Shown: piece after piece, positions 46,171 to 57,197 of the stretch
Numbering within the stretch: the first letter of the stretch is position 1
Layout: every line of letters starts with the position of its first letter
From: Eubacteriales bacterium
Lineage (GTDB): Bacteria; Bacillota; Clostridia; Oscillospirales; CAG-272
DNA length: 64,000 nt
NCBI GenBank assembly: GCA_045604985.1
Contig: JAZUPD010000087.1
Location: 1,647 to 65,646 of the forward strand
Direction: 5' to 3'
The notes under the pieces: generated by a model
Told to the model about the DNA's origin: nothing
What the model saw: only the letters and a program-made list of their open reading frames with translations
The model's database searches: none
Position numbers and translations under genes: made by a program

Positions 46171-48373
46171 AAAGACAGTCTCCACCCCAGAAGAAATAAT
46201 CTACTCCGAGCCAACGCTCCAGCCCATAACGGAAACCATCGAAAAGAACTATATGCCCTATGTTATGAGCGTTATCATATCCCGTGCAATTCCGGAGATA
46301 GACGGTCTGAAGCCTTCCCACAGAAAGCTTCTTTATACCATGTACACAATGGGGCTTCTTAATAAAGAAAGGACAAAGAGTGCAAATATCGTCGGTCAGA
46401 CAATGAAGCTCAATCCTCACGGAGATGCCGCAATTTATGAAACTCTCGTCCGTCTCACCCGAGATAATGAAACATTACTTCATCCTTTTGTAGACTCCAA
46501 GGGAAACTTCGGTAAGCAGTACAGCTCAGAAACACAGTACGCCGCATCCCGTTATACCGAATGTAAGCTTGAAAAATTTTGTGAAGAGCTTTTTAGGGGC
46601 ATAGATAAGAATGCCGTTGACATGGTGGATAACTATGACGGCACTCTCATCGAGCCTACCCTGCTTCCGACCACGTTTCCAAACGTGCTGGTAACGCCCA
46701 ATATGGGTATCGCTGTCGGTATGGTATCAAATATTTGCTCATTCAACCTTAACGAGGTATGCGACGGCACAATAGCTCTGCTTAAAAACCCAAAGACAAG
46801 CACGGAAAAGATCATGCAGTTAATAAAAGCCCCCGATTTTTCGGGAGGCGGAGAAATAATCTACGATGAAGCACAGATGAGACAGATATACGAAACCGGA
46901 AGCGGGTCTGTACGCATACGCTCGGTTTACGAATATGATAAAAAGGAAAACTGCATAGATATCCGTCAGATTCCTTACTCAACCTCAACAGAGCTTATAA
47001 TGAAAAAGATCATTGAAATGATAAAGGAGGGCAAGCTTCGGGATTGCACCGATGTACGCGATGAAACTGACCTTCACGGTCTTAAACTAACCATAGACCT
47101 TCGCCGCGGAGTAGACCCCGACAAGCTGATGAAAAAACTCTTCAAATCAACTCCCCTTGAAGATAGCTTTAAATGTAATTTCAATATTCTTATAGGCTCC
47201 GTTCCCAGACAGATGGGAATCGTCGAAATACTTACCGAATGGATAAAATTCCGCATGGAATGTGTCAGAAGGGAGCTTTCCTTTGACCTTGAGAAAAAGG
47301 AAGCAAAGCTTCATCTTCTCCTTGGTCTTGGAAAGATACTTCTTGATATCGACAAGGCTATCCGCATAATCCGCCAAACTGAAAAGGAAGAGGATGTTGT
47401 TCCAAACCTTGAAGAAGGCTTCTCCATCGACAAAATACAGGCGGAATATATTGCAGACATCAAGCTTCGCAATCTCAACCGCGAATATATTCTGAACCGT
47501 ATAAAGGAAATTGAAGGCCTTCAGGCAGAGATCGCAGAGCTGAAGGATATTCTGAGCGACGAGATAAAGATAAAGAACTATATCATAAAGCAGCTGCAGG
47601 AGATCAAGAAAAAATACGGAAAGCCCCGCCTTTCAAGTATTCTTTATACAAACGGCGAGCCTGAAATCGAGGAAGAAGAGCCTGTTGAAAATTATAATGT
47701 CCGTCTTGTTCTTTCAAAAGAGGGATATTTCAAAAAGATAACCTTTCAGTCTCTCAAGGGCAACGACGAACAGAAATTCAAGGAAGGCGACAGAGAGGAA
47801 AGCTCATTTGATGCAGAAAACGCAGACAACGTCATATTCTTCACCAATAAATGTCAGGTTTACCGAGCAAAGGTCGATGATTTTGATTGCACAAAGGCAT
47901 CAGCTCTTGGAGATTTCCTTCCCGCAAAGCTTGAAATGGATGAGGGAGAGAAGCCTATATTGATGAAGATACAGAACGGCTATCCCGAAAACGAGAATTT
48001 CATCTTTATTTTTGAAAACGGCAAGGGTGTTAGAGTTCCCGCTTCGTCTTATCAGACGAAGGGTAACAGACGCAAACTCATAGGCGCATATTCGGATGCT
48101 TCGCCCATCGTTTCGGTATTCTATGAAACGGAACCTATTGACATTTTGATGAAATCTACAGATAATAAGGCGATAGTTGTAAAATCCACGCTGATTCCCA
48201 TAAAGACGACAAGAAGTGCCGCAGGCGTAAACGTCTTTACACTAAAAAAAGGCAACAAAATTGCAAGCGCAGCGGTTGGCTTTGAAGAAATCTTTGATCC
48301 CAAGGGCTTCAAAAAGCTCAAAATACCTGCCGTCGGTGTCATCATCCCGAACGGTGAACAACTTTCATTTTAA
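46160..48373 (+). CDS. type IIA topoisomerase subunit A (GyrA/ParC family)
   Basis: YMPYVMSVIISRAIPEIDGLKPSHRKLLY and the active-site context AASRYTECKL. 737 aa. No B subunit is adjacent in this window. Confidence 0.85.
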   Translation: MAKKKTVSTPEEIIYSEPTLQPITETIEKNYMPYVMSVIISRAIPEIDGLKPSHRKLLYTMYTMGLLNKERTKSANIVGQTMKLNPHGDAAIYETLVRLTRDNETLLHPFVDSKGNFGKQYSSETQYAASRYTECKLEKFCEELFRGIDKNAVDMVDNYDGTLIEPTLLPTTFPNVLVTPNMGIAVGMVSNICSFNLNEVCDGTIALLKNPKTSTEKIMQLIKAPDFSGGGEIIYDEAQMRQIYETGSGSVRIRSVYEYDKKENCIDIRQIPYSTSTELIMKKIIEMIKEGKLRDCTDVRDETDLHGLKLTIDLRRGVDPDKLMKKLFKSTPLEDSFKCNFNILIGSVPRQMGIVEILTEWIKFRMECVRRELSFDLEKKEAKLHLLLGLGKILLDIDKAIRIIRQTEKEEDVVPNLEEGFSIDKIQAEYIADIKLRNLNREYILNRIKEIEGLQAEIAELKDILSDEIKIKNYIIKQLQEIKKKYGKPRLSSILYTNGEPEIEEEEPVENYNVRLVLSKEGYFKKITFQSLKGNDEQKFKEGDREESSFDAENADNVIFFTNKCQVYRAKVDDFDCTKASALGDFLPAKLEMDEGEKPILMKIQNGYPENENFIFIFENGKGVRVPASSYQTKGNRRKLIGAYSDASPIVSVFYETEPIDILMKSTDNKAIVVKSTLIPIKTTRSAAGVNVFTLKKGNKIASAAVGFEEIFDPKGFKKLKIPAVGVIIPNGEQLSF

Positions 48374-48379
48374 TAAAAT

Positions 48380-48419
48380 AACATGGCAGCTTCGTTTTGA
48401 AACTGCCATGTTCTTTTTT
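48380..48419. terminator. bidirectional intrinsic terminator
   Basis: AACATGGCAG-cttcgttttgaaa-CTGCCATGTT followed by CTTTTTT. Lies between the convergent topoisomerase gene and tgt. Confidence 0.6.
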
Positions 48420-48421
48420 AT

Positions 48422-49558
48422 TTAGCTCTCGGAGCGTTCTCCGAGTATCTGAATATATTTCTGATAGAAGGATTCAAAATACCCGCCGTCAAGGGCGTCT
48501 CGAATCTTCTGCATAAGCTCATTATAGAAATAAAGATTATGAAGAACCGCAAGTCGCATACCAAGGGCTTCCTTTGCCTTGATAAGATGACGAACATATG
48601 AACGGCTGTAATTACGGCAAGCGGGACAGCCACAATTTTCATCAAAGGGTCTTGCGTCCTTTGCGTATTTTTCATTGCAGATATTCATTTTTCCATGCCA
48701 TGTAAAGAGATTTCCATGTCGGGCATTACGGCTGGGCATAACGCAATCAAAGAAATCAACACCCATGTTTACCGCCTCAAGAATATTGCAGGGAGTTCCA
48801 ACACCCATAAGGTATCTTGGCTTATGCTTTGGCATATAAGGCTCAACGACATCTATTATTCTATACATATCCTCCGTCGCCTCTCCAACAGCAAGACCTC
48901 CGATAGCATAGCCGTCAAGATCAAGCTCGGCAATGGTCTGCATATGCTCAATGCGTAGATCCTCGTAAGTTCCGCCTTGACCGATACCAAAAAGCATCTG
49001 GTCCTTATTTATCGTTTCGGGCAGAGAATTGAGCCTTGCCATCTCATTTTTGCATCTGACGAGCCAGCGAGCGGTTCTGTCGCAGGAATTTTTTACATAA
49101 TTATAGGGCGCAGGGTTTTCAATACATTCGTCAAATGCCATTGCGATGGTGGATGCAAGATTTGACTGTATCTGCATACTCTCTTCAGGCCCCATAAAGA
49201 TGCGTTTTCCATCTATATGAGAAGCAAAACGAACGCCCTCCTCGGTTATTTTACGAAGTTGGGACAGGGAAAACACCTGAAATCCGCCGCTGTCAGTAAG
49301 CACGGGCTTATTCCAATTAAAAAATTTGCGAAGGCCGCCCATTTCGTGAATGAGCTTATCGCCGGGTCGCAGATGAAGATGGTACGTGTTGGAAAGCTCA
49401 ACCTGACAATTAAGGTCTATAAGATCCATAGTGGAAACACCGCCCTTAATTGCGGCGCAAGTACCAACATTCATAAAAACTGGAGTCTGAATATCTCCGT
49501 GAACTGTGTGAAGGCAACCTCTTCTGGCTCTGCCCTCTTGCTTTATCAGATTGAACAT
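48422..49558 (-). CDS. tgt: queuine tRNA-ribosyltransferase
   Basis: TPVFMNVGT, LTDSGGFQV and the zinc site CGCPACRNYSRSYVRHL. Confidence 0.95.
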   Translation of the reverse strand: MFNLIKQEGRARRGCLHTVHGDIQTPVFMNVGTCAAIKGGVSTMDLIDLNCQVELSNTYHLHLRPGDKLIHEMGGLRKFFNWNKPVLTDSGGFQVFSLSQLRKITEEGVRFASHIDGKRIFMGPEESMQIQSNLASTIAMAFDECIENPAPYNYVKNSCDRTARWLVRCKNEMARLNSLPETINKDQMLFGIGQGGTYEDLRIEHMQTIAELDLDGYAIGGLAVGEATEDMYRIIDVVEPYMPKHKPRYLMGVGTPCNILEAVNMGVDFFDCVMPSRNARHGNLFTWHGKMNICNEKYAKDARPFDENCGCPACRNYSRSYVRHLIKAKEALGMRLAVLHNLYFYNELMQKIRDALDGGYFESFYQKYIQILGERSES

Positions 49559-49561
49559 ATT

Positions 49562-51619
49562 TTATAACCTTTCAAATTGTTTATCAAGCATGTTTTTTGT
49601 CATTTCAATGGCAATAGGCCTGCCATGGGGACAGAAGGTGATATCGGGCATCTCCATGATCTTGCGGCAAAGCCATTCTATATGACCCTCGGCATACTGT
49701 CTGCCTGCCTTTATCGCCGCCTTGCAGGAAGCCTGATAAAGTGCCTTTTCAAAAATAAGATTGCGTGTGAGAGAAACATTTCCCGTGCCGGAAAGAAGTC
49801 TCTCGGCAAATGTTTGAAAAATATCGGGTACAGCCTCTGTATTTATTCCAGTAGGTGATGAAAGAACGCTTACTTTGTTATCCGATATCTCAAAATCAAA
49901 GCCTACCGACTCAATTTCATCCTTATATTCTTCAAGAGAAGCCACCTCGTCTCTGCCGAGATTTATCTCGATAGGAAGCATCAAAAGCTGTGATGCCTGC
50001 TCTCGTTTATGCATGATCTCCTTGAATTGCTCAAAAATTATGCGCTCATGAGCGGCATGCTTATCAACGATAAGAATTTTTTCGCCAAGATCAATAAAAA
50101 CATAGGAATTAAAAGCCTCACCGATGATCTTATATGGAGGAATTATCCGTTCTTCCTTCTTTTCCTCCGCATGAACTGTCACATCTGCTTTTTTTGGAGA
50201 TTTCACTTCGCCGTAAAGCGTTTCCGATCTGACACTTTCGGTCTCTATCTCTTCATTTTGGGGAGAAAATGTCGCTTTCGGAGATATCTTTATTTCTTCA
50301 TCGGTCTTTTTAAAGCTATCGTTTTCAAGGACTCTCGGCACGGAAAAATAAGGATCTTCTCTCTTTGACACATCGTCCGTTGCAGGCTTTTCCTTTCTGG
50401 GGAAATCCATGGCAAGACTGAATTTATTTACGGCTGAAATACCGGTTTCATATCTGGTCTGCTCTGCCTTTGGTGCGTTTTTATCATGAATAGGAACAAA
50501 AGCCGCAAGAGGATTTTGCTTTTTCTGTGACTCTGTGAAATTCTTTGTCCCCGAAACTCTGCCCGTTGTCATATTCCTATATTCAGCCGAGGAAACATGC
50601 CCGTTTCGAAGCTGAACCTCGGGTCTTGTGATATTGGTCTCAAGAGTGTTTCTCACAGCATAATAAATGCTCTCAAAAACAGGCTTTTCATTTGAAAATT
50701 TGACCTCCAGCTTTGCGGGATGAACATTAACATCCACAATTCTGGGGTCTATATCTATAAAGAGTACGCAGCATGGAAATTTTTCGGGAGGTATATATGA
50801 AGAATATGCCTGCTCTATGGCTGCCATTGCGGTCTTGCTTTTAACAAATCTGCCGTTTATAAAGAAGTTCTGATAATTTCTGTTGGCTCTCACATTATCA
50901 GAGCGGCCGATATATCCGCTTACCTTTATGTTTTCGCCTGCGCTCTCAACTGCGAGGAGCTTTGCGGCAAAATCCCTGCCGAAAACTGAATATATTGCAT
51001 TGATTGCCTTACCATCTCCCGTAGTTTCAAGGCGCAATGTGCCGTCCGATATAAAACGAATAGCAATTTCGGGATGGGAAAGGGCAATTTTTTCAACTGC
51101 GGCAGTAACCGCCATCGCTTCTGTCAGATCTTTTTTCAGAAATTTTCTTCTCGCAGGAACATTAAAGAAAAGATCCTCAACTATTATAGTAGTTCCTTCA
51201 GATGCTCCCCTTTCGGAAACACCAACCACATTTCCGCCGTGGGATTCTATCATTGCCCCCGTAGGATTATCGCGTGTTTTTGAGATTATTCTGACATTTG
51301 CAACCGAGGAGATGGCGGCAAGAGCCTCCCCTCTGAAGCCAAGAGACATGATGGAATCAAGGTCCTCGGCATCCTTAATCTTACTTGTTGCATGGCGACG
51401 AAGTGCCGTTGGAAGATCCTCAGGCTCGATTCCGCAACCGTTATCAGAAACACGCATAAAGGTAGTTCCACCCTTTTGTATCTCCACCGTGATGGTGCTT
51501 GCGCCCGCATCAATGGAATTTTCCATAAGCTCCTTTATAACAGAGCTTGGACGGTCAACAACCTCGCCTGCGGCAATAAGGTTTGCCACAGCAAAGCTAA
51601 GAACATTTATTTTTCCCAC
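49562..51619 (-). CDS. mutL: DNA mismatch repair protein MutL
   Basis: IAAGEVVDRPSSVIKELMENSIDAG, DNGCGI and GFRGEAL (GHKL ATPase), with a C-terminal dimerisation domain. Confidence 0.95.
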   Translation of the reverse strand: MGKINVLSFAVANLIAAGEVVDRPSSVIKELMENSIDAGASTITVEIQKGGTTFMRVSDNGCGIEPEDLPTALRRHATSKIKDAEDLDSIMSLGFRGEALAAISSVANVRIISKTRDNPTGAMIESHGGNVVGVSERGASEGTTIIVEDLFFNVPARRKFLKKDLTEAMAVTAAVEKIALSHPEIAIRFISDGTLRLETTGDGKAINAIYSVFGRDFAAKLLAVESAGENIKVSGYIGRSDNVRANRNYQNFFINGRFVKSKTAMAAIEQAYSSYIPPEKFPCCVLFIDIDPRIVDVNVHPAKLEVKFSNEKPVFESIYYAVRNTLETNITRPEVQLRNGHVSSAEYRNMTTGRVSGTKNFTESQKKQNPLAAFVPIHDKNAPKAEQTRYETGISAVNKFSLAMDFPRKEKPATDDVSKREDPYFSVPRVLENDSFKKTDEEIKISPKATFSPQNEEIETESVRSETLYGEVKSPKKADVTVHAEEKKEERIIPPYKIIGEAFNSYVFIDLGEKILIVDKHAAHERIIFEQFKEIMHKREQASQLLMLPIEINLGRDEVASLEEYKDEIESVGFDFEISDNKVSVLSSPTGINTEAVPDIFQTFAERLLSGTGNVSLTRNLIFEKALYQASCKAAIKAGRQYAEGHIEWLCRKIMEMPDITFCPHGRPIAIEMTKNMLDKQFERL

Positions 51620-51636
51620 AGCAAACCCTCCTTTTC

Positions 51637-54234
51637 TTATTTAAGTTTTCTCTGTATCTCAAAGAGAAACTGCATTGCTTCATATGGGGATATCGTATTA
51701 AGATCTATCGCCTTCAGCTCCTCCATTGCCTGATCTCGCAGACATTCCTCAAAGCTGATGGTGTTTTCTTCTTCAAAGTCGAGCCTTTCGTCCTCTCTCT
51801 CGCTTGTGCGGAGATTGACCGAGGTTTTTTCGATGGTGGCAAGAACCTCTTTTGCTCGCTTTATGACTTCATTCGGAAGGCCTGCGAGCTTTGCAACCTC
51901 AATTCCGTAACTGTCATCAGTCGAGCCTTTTACTATTTTACGAAGAAAAGTGATGCCGTCGCCTCTCTTCTTTGCCGCAATATTGTAATTTACAATGCCC
52001 TCAAATTCATCCTCAAGAGTCGTAAGCTCGTGATAATGAGTTGCAAAAAGAGTCTTTGCGCCTATCTTTTTGGAATTTGTAAATTCCGCAATGGCTCTTG
52101 CAATGCTCATGCCGTCAAAGGTGCTAGTTCCTCTTCCTATCTCGTCATAAACGATCAGCGAACGCTTCGTTGCGTTTTTGAGGATATATGCAACCTCGTT
52201 CATTTCAAGCATAAAGGTAGACTGTCCAGAGGCAAGGTCATCGGATGCGCCGACTCGGGTAAAGACCTTATCAACAATGCCTATGCTTGCGTCGGATGCG
52301 GGGACAAAAGAGCCTATCTGCGCCATGACAGTGATAAGCGCGACCTGTCTCATATATGTGGATTTACCCGCCATATTAGGTCCCGTTATCAGCATAAGAC
52401 GCTTTGAGCGGCAATCAAGATCCACATCGTTGGGGACAAAATAGGTGTCCTTAACAAACTGTTCAACAACGGGATGTCTGCCGTCCTTTATCACAATGGA
52501 ATCGCTGTCGTCAATATAAGGACAAACATATTTGTTTCGAGCCGCAACAGTTCCGAGAGACATATAAACGTCAATGGTGGCAAGGATCGCAGCCGTTTTC
52601 TGTATCCTCCCGCTGTTTTCCGCCACAAAGGCACGTACAGATTGGAAAAGATCATATTCAAGGCTGCATATCTTATCTGTAGCACCAAGAATCGTCGCCT
52701 CCGTGTCCTTTAATTCCTGTGTTATGTATCTCTCACAATTTGCAAGAGTCTGCTTTCTGATATATCTGTCTGGCACCATATCCATATAGGATTTTGTGAC
52801 CTCTATATAATATCCGAAAACCTTATTATAGCTGATTTTAAGCTTGGAAATTCCCGTAAGCTCTCTTTCCTCGTTCTCGATCTTCGTTATCCAGCTCTTT
52901 CCGTCTGTCATAACGGAGCGCAAATAATCAACATCCTCGCTGTAACCCTCTCTTATCATTCCTCCGTCACGCACTGAGAATGGCGGGTCATCAACGATAG
53001 AGCCATCAATTTTTTTGCGTACGTCCGAAAGATCGTCAAGCTCGCCCATAAGCCGCTTCAGCTCATCGCTCTCGCAAGAAAAAAGAAGATTCTTAAGTTC
53101 AGGAATAACTTTTAAGGTGTTAGCAACCGCACGCAGATCCTTTGCGTTTGCAGTTCCGTAAACTATCTTGGAAATAAGCCTTTCAAGGTCAAGAACATCT
53201 GAAAGCAACACGCTTGTCTCCTCGCGGAGCATAAAATTTTCATAAAATTCTTTTATCGCATTTTGGCGGCGAAGTATATTTTTTGTTGAAAGCAGTGGAT
53301 TTTCTATCCATTTGCGAAGCATTCTTGCTCCTGCCGCAGTTTGAGTCTTATCAAGAACCCATAGCAGTGAACCTTTTTTCTCCTTTGTTCGCATGGTCTC
53401 AGTAAGCTCCAGATTTCGTCTTGTATTGAGATCCATCTGGAGAAACTGATCGTCACCATAGATATTTAGCTCCTTGATATAAGAAATATCTCCCTTTTGG
53501 GTCTCTCTGATATATCCCAGAAGCGCACCGACAGCGCAAGTCATCGGCTTCTCGCTCTTTATTCTCTCAAGAGTGTCAGTGCCAAACTGTGCTTCAATAG
53601 CGTTCACTGCGTCGGCATATTCAAAGCGGTAAGGCTGATTATCACCGATGAGTGCGCCCGAGCGTTCATGGAGAAAATTCTCCATTTCGGGAACCTTTGA
53701 GAGACTCACATTGAAGATCATCTCACTTGGCATATATGTTCCTATCTCGTTCTTGATATGCCCCTGCATATCGTCACCTTTAAAGGAGGTTGCATAGACC
53801 TGTGCCGTCGAAATATCCGCAAAGCTGATACCACATTCAAATTCTCCCATATAAACGGTGCAGAGATAGTTATTCTGCCTATCATTAAGCAAATTTGTTT
53901 CAAGAAGAGTTCCCGGAGTTACTACCCTTACCACCTCACGGCGCACAAGCCCCTTGGCAAGAGCGGGATCTTCCGTCTGCTCGCAGATAGCCACCTTATA
54001 CCCCTTTTCGATAAGCTTTCCGATATATCCCTCCGAGGAATGGAAGGGTACTCCGCACATGGGCGCTCTTTCAGCCTCACCGCAATCTCTTCCGGTAAGG
54101 GTAAGATCAAGCTCTCTCGAGGCTGTTTTGGCGTCCTCAAAAAACATCTCGTAAAAATCTCCGAGACGGTAGAATAGTAGATAGTCCTTATACTGATTTT
54201 TTATCTCAAAATACTGCTCCATCATCGGAGTCAT
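51637..54234 (-). CDS. mutS: DNA mismatch repair protein MutS
   Basis: TPMMEQYFEIKNQYKDYLLFYRLGDFYEMFFEDA, Walker A GPNMAGKST and STFMLEM. Confidence 0.95.
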   Translation of the reverse strand: MTPMMEQYFEIKNQYKDYLLFYRLGDFYEMFFEDAKTASRELDLTLTGRDCGEAERAPMCGVPFHSSEGYIGKLIEKGYKVAICEQTEDPALAKGLVRREVVRVVTPGTLLETNLLNDRQNNYLCTVYMGEFECGISFADISTAQVYATSFKGDDMQGHIKNEIGTYMPSEMIFNVSLSKVPEMENFLHERSGALIGDNQPYRFEYADAVNAIEAQFGTDTLERIKSEKPMTCAVGALLGYIRETQKGDISYIKELNIYGDDQFLQMDLNTRRNLELTETMRTKEKKGSLLWVLDKTQTAAGARMLRKWIENPLLSTKNILRRQNAIKEFYENFMLREETSVLLSDVLDLERLISKIVYGTANAKDLRAVANTLKVIPELKNLLFSCESDELKRLMGELDDLSDVRKKIDGSIVDDPPFSVRDGGMIREGYSEDVDYLRSVMTDGKSWITKIENEERELTGISKLKISYNKVFGYYIEVTKSYMDMVPDRYIRKQTLANCERYITQELKDTEATILGATDKICSLEYDLFQSVRAFVAENSGRIQKTAAILATIDVYMSLGTVAARNKYVCPYIDDSDSIVIKDGRHPVVEQFVKDTYFVPNDVDLDCRSKRLMLITGPNMAGKSTYMRQVALITVMAQIGSFVPASDASIGIVDKVFTRVGASDDLASGQSTFMLEMNEVAYILKNATKRSLIVYDEIGRGTSTFDGMSIARAIAEFTNSKKIGAKTLFATHYHELTTLEDEFEGIVNYNIAAKKRGDGITFLRKIVKGSTDDSYGIEVAKLAGLPNEVIKRAKEVLATIEKTSVNLRTSEREDERLDFEEENTISFEECLRDQAMEELKAIDLNTISPYEAMQFLFEIQRKLK

Positions 54235-54272
54235 TGCATTATACCCCTTTAGCTAAAAATTAAAAATACGGT

Positions 54273-54656
54273 TTAGTGGCAGCCATGGCAGGTGCTGCAA
54301 TCGTGCGTGCAGGAAGGATCAACTCCCGTTATGGTCATTGTGATAGTCTGATTAACCTCGTTCATAAGAGCATTCACATCCGCCTGTGCTGCATCAAGCT
54401 CGTTGAAGATGGGGTTTGCTGTTATCTTCTTATAAAGCTCGTCGATCTTACTCTGTATCTTTCCGATAAGGTCCATATCCTTTTCAGCCTTCTCGTATTC
54501 ATACTGAAGAGCCTTTTGCTGAACATCGTATTCCATCATAGCCTTAGTAAGCTCAACATCCTGATCATATGCGTCTTTTGCACTATTAAGACGGGTCATT
54601 CTCTCGTCATTCTTTATTGCTTCGCCGAGCATAACGGCGATATCCATAATTTCCAT
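54273..54656 (-). CDS. YlbF/YmcA-family regulator with C-terminal Cys cluster
   Basis: Helical 127 aa protein (LGEAIKNDERMTRLNSAKDAYDQD...) ending in CTHDCSTCHGCH. Confidence 0.65.
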   Translation of the reverse strand: MEIMDIAVMLGEAIKNDERMTRLNSAKDAYDQDVELTKAMMEYDVQQKALQYEYEKAEKDMDLIGKIQSKIDELYKKITANPIFNELDAAQADVNALMNEVNQTITMTITGVDPSCTHDCSTCHGCH

Positions 54657-54685
54657 TTTACTTTTCTCCTGTTATTGATTTTTTA

Positions 54686-56107
54686 TTATATTTTTCCACC
54701 GTACAGGGCAAATGCCTCGGCACGGTCAATCTTAATATCCAGATATTTTCCCTGGTCTGCGTCCTCTCCATGAAAGAAAACTATCTTATTCCCCTCTGTT
54801 CTGCCGCTAAAGAGTGCATCATTGTTTTTGCTAACTCCGTCGCAAAGCACGGAAACGATCTTCCCCACGAAGGGCAGATTTTTTTCAAGTGATATCTTAT
54901 TTTGAACCTCAAGAAGTCTTGCAAATCTTTCGCCTTTTACCTTTTCGTCCACCTGCTCCATTTCCGCTGCGGGCGTTCCCTTTCTTGGGGAATAAATGAA
55001 GGAAAAAATCATATCATAGCGGACCTTGCGAAGCATATCAAGAGTGTCCTCAAAATCCTGTTCCGTTTCGCCGGGAAAGCCAACTATAATATCGGTGGTA
55101 ATGGCAATATCGGGCATTTTTTCTCTGATATAGCGTACCGTATCAAGGTACTGCGCCTTATCATAATGGCGGTTCATCGCCTTAAGAATAGCGTCACTTC
55201 CCGACTGAAGCGGAAGGTGAAAGTGCTTTGCAATCTTATCATGCCTTGACATGGTGTCGATGAGCTTTCTTGAAGCATCCTTTGGGTGACTGGTCATAAA
55301 ACGAAGCTTAAATTCTCCCTCAATTTCCGAAAGGCGTTCAAGCAGGTCGGCAAAATCGTATTCTCTTTCCTTTGCATAAGAATTTACATTCTGACCGAGA
55401 AGAGTTATGTCCTTATATCCCTTTTCCGCAAGTTCTTCGACCTCAGATACGATATCCTCCATTCTGCGGCTTCTCTCTCTGCCTCTCACATACGGCACTA
55501 TGCAGTATGAACAGAAATTGTTGCACCCATACATTATGCTGACCCAAGCTCTGTAACTGCTTTCTCTCTCGATATTAAGGCCCTCCGCAACCAGATATTC
55601 CTCCTCATCTGGTGCAAAAAGTCTTTTTCCCTTTGTTGTCTTTTCATAAAGAAGCTCAGGCATACGATGGAGACTTGACGTTCCGAAAATGAAATCTACG
55701 TAAGGATAGCTTCTTTTTATCTCCTCCGAGCGATGCTTTTGGGTTACCATACAGCCGCAAACGCCTATCATCAGAGAGCTTTTTTTATTTTTCAGATGCT
55801 TGAACTGACCGATTATCGAAAGTGCTTTTTGCTCTGCATGCTCACGAACTGCACAGGTGTTGACAAGAATAAGGTCTGCATCCTCTGCCTCTGTGGTTAT
55901 ATTATACCCCATGGACCGAGCCATACCTGAAAGCTTTTCGCTGTCCGCTTCGTTTTGCTGACAGCCAAAGGTAAGCACATGCGCCTTGGGTATTGATCCG
56001 TTTTCAAACGTGCGTTTTTCATTGAAACGGCGCATTTTTTCGATAAAGCAAAATGCCTTTTCCATCTCGTCGGGCGGCACAAGAGTGTTAAATTTATTTT
56101 CAGACAT
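54686..56107 (-). CDS. miaB: tRNA-i6A37 methylthiotransferase
   Basis: UPF0004 N-domain (TFGCQQNEADSE), radical-SAM CNNFCSYC and a C-terminal TRAM domain. Confidence 0.9.
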   Translation of the reverse strand: MSENKFNTLVPPDEMEKAFCFIEKMRRFNEKRTFENGSIPKAHVLTFGCQQNEADSEKLSGMARSMGYNITTEAEDADLILVNTCAVREHAEQKALSIIGQFKHLKNKKSSLMIGVCGCMVTQKHRSEEIKRSYPYVDFIFGTSSLHRMPELLYEKTTKGKRLFAPDEEEYLVAEGLNIERESSYRAWVSIMYGCNNFCSYCIVPYVRGRERSRRMEDIVSEVEELAEKGYKDITLLGQNVNSYAKEREYDFADLLERLSEIEGEFKLRFMTSHPKDASRKLIDTMSRHDKIAKHFHLPLQSGSDAILKAMNRHYDKAQYLDTVRYIREKMPDIAITTDIIVGFPGETEQDFEDTLDMLRKVRYDMIFSFIYSPRKGTPAAEMEQVDEKVKGERFARLLEVQNKISLEKNLPFVGKIVSVLCDGVSKNNDALFSGRTEGNKIVFFHGEDADQGKYLDIKIDRAEAFALYGGKI

Positions 56108-56140
56108 TTTTACAAAATTCCTTAATAAAAAATATACTAT

Positions 56141-56169
56141 ATTATAACATTAAACGCAGTTCTCGTCAA
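56141..56169 (-). promoter_or_regulatory. sigmaA-type promoter of miaB and downstream genes
   Basis: Minus strand: TTGACG (56169-56164), 17 nt, TATAAT (56146-56141). Confidence 0.5.
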
Positions 56170-56186
56170 TAGAAATATTTCAAAAA

Positions 56187-57197
56187 TCATTTCCCCTTAA
56201 AATTATCTTTGATCCCGTCGGTCAATAAAATCTCATCATCAGTAATTATCACCGCTTCAAAATCAACCGTCTTGCGATTATAAAATTGCATTGCCTTTTC
56301 CTTCCCCATAACGAAAAGCGCAGTGGAAAGCGCATCTGCCAATGCCCCGTCATCGCTTATAACAGAAACTGAACGAATATCGCTCACAGCAGGAATCCCG
56401 CTCATAGGGTCTATGATATGATTATATTTGTTCTCTCCTATCCGTATATATCTTTCATAGTCGCCCGAAACCGAAACGAAACCGCCTTCAAGTGACAGAT
56501 AGCCCACGACCTCGCTTGTGTTTTTCGGGTCTTTTATTCCCACAATATAAGGCTTTCCGCTCTTTTTTGCGCCGACGAGCGCAACGTTGCCGCCAAAGGA
56601 CATTATTGCACCTTTTGCACCCGTCTCCGAAAGATAATCACAAACCTTCTGCGCCGCATAGCCCTTTCCAATAGCACCAAGGTCGATCCGTGTATCATTT
56701 TTCGCCTTTTTAAGAGAATTATCTTCGATTGAAAGCTTATCGTAGCCTACCGATTCGAGTTTCAGGGCGATCTCGCCCTCATGAGGCTCTCTGCCCTCTT
56801 CTGCACATTGCTCCCAAAGTTCCTTGAGTCCCCCGATCGTTATATCGAAAAGACCGCCTGTCATATCGGAATAATCGAGAGATAAGCTTATGATATCCTC
56901 AAAAGTCGGATCAATATCAATAAAGAGTCCGATATGTTCATTGGCAAGAGAAGTATTGCTTCCCTCCACTGTCTTTGAAATGACGTTCTCGATATCCTTT
57001 ATGATATTTTCACATTCCAAAAGCATCGCCGCCTCGTCATATTCATTTTCAGCGATCTTTATACTTATCACGGTATCCATTGCAAAAAATGTCGCCTCGA
57101 CATAGGTCTCCTTTGGTTCGCAGGAAACGGCAAATATCAAGACAGAAAGCATTGCGATAACCAACAAAATACGAAAAATTACCCTCCAAGCATTCAT
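56187..57197 (-). CDS. apbE: FAD:protein FMN transferase (ApbE), lipoprotein
   Basis: Lipobox FAVSC. FDITIGG, DLGAIGKGYA and HIIDPMSG motifs. Confidence 0.85.
   Translation of the reverse strand: MNAWRVIFRILLVIAMLSVLIFAVSCEPKETYVEATFFAMDTVISIKIAENEYDEAAMLLECENIIKDIENVISKTVEGSNTSLANEHIGLFIDIDPTFEDIISLSLDYSDMTGGLFDITIGGLKELWEQCAEEGREPHEGEIALKLESVGYDKLSIEDNSLKKAKNDTRIDLGAIGKGYAAQKVCDYLSETGAKGAIMSFGGNVALVGAKKSGKPYIVGIKDPKNTSEVVGYLSLEGGFVSVSGDYERYIRIGENKYNHIIDPMSGIPAVSDIRSVSVISDDGALADALSTALFVMGKEKAMQFYNRKTVDFEAVIITDDEILLTDGIKDNFKGK

Noticed and set aside
54273-54656. C-terminal CxxxCxxCxxC cluster in the YlbF-like protein as a possible novelty
   Set aside because: Cys-rich tails and Fe-S binding are already known for the YlbF/YmcA/YaaT family, so it is recorded as a feature only.
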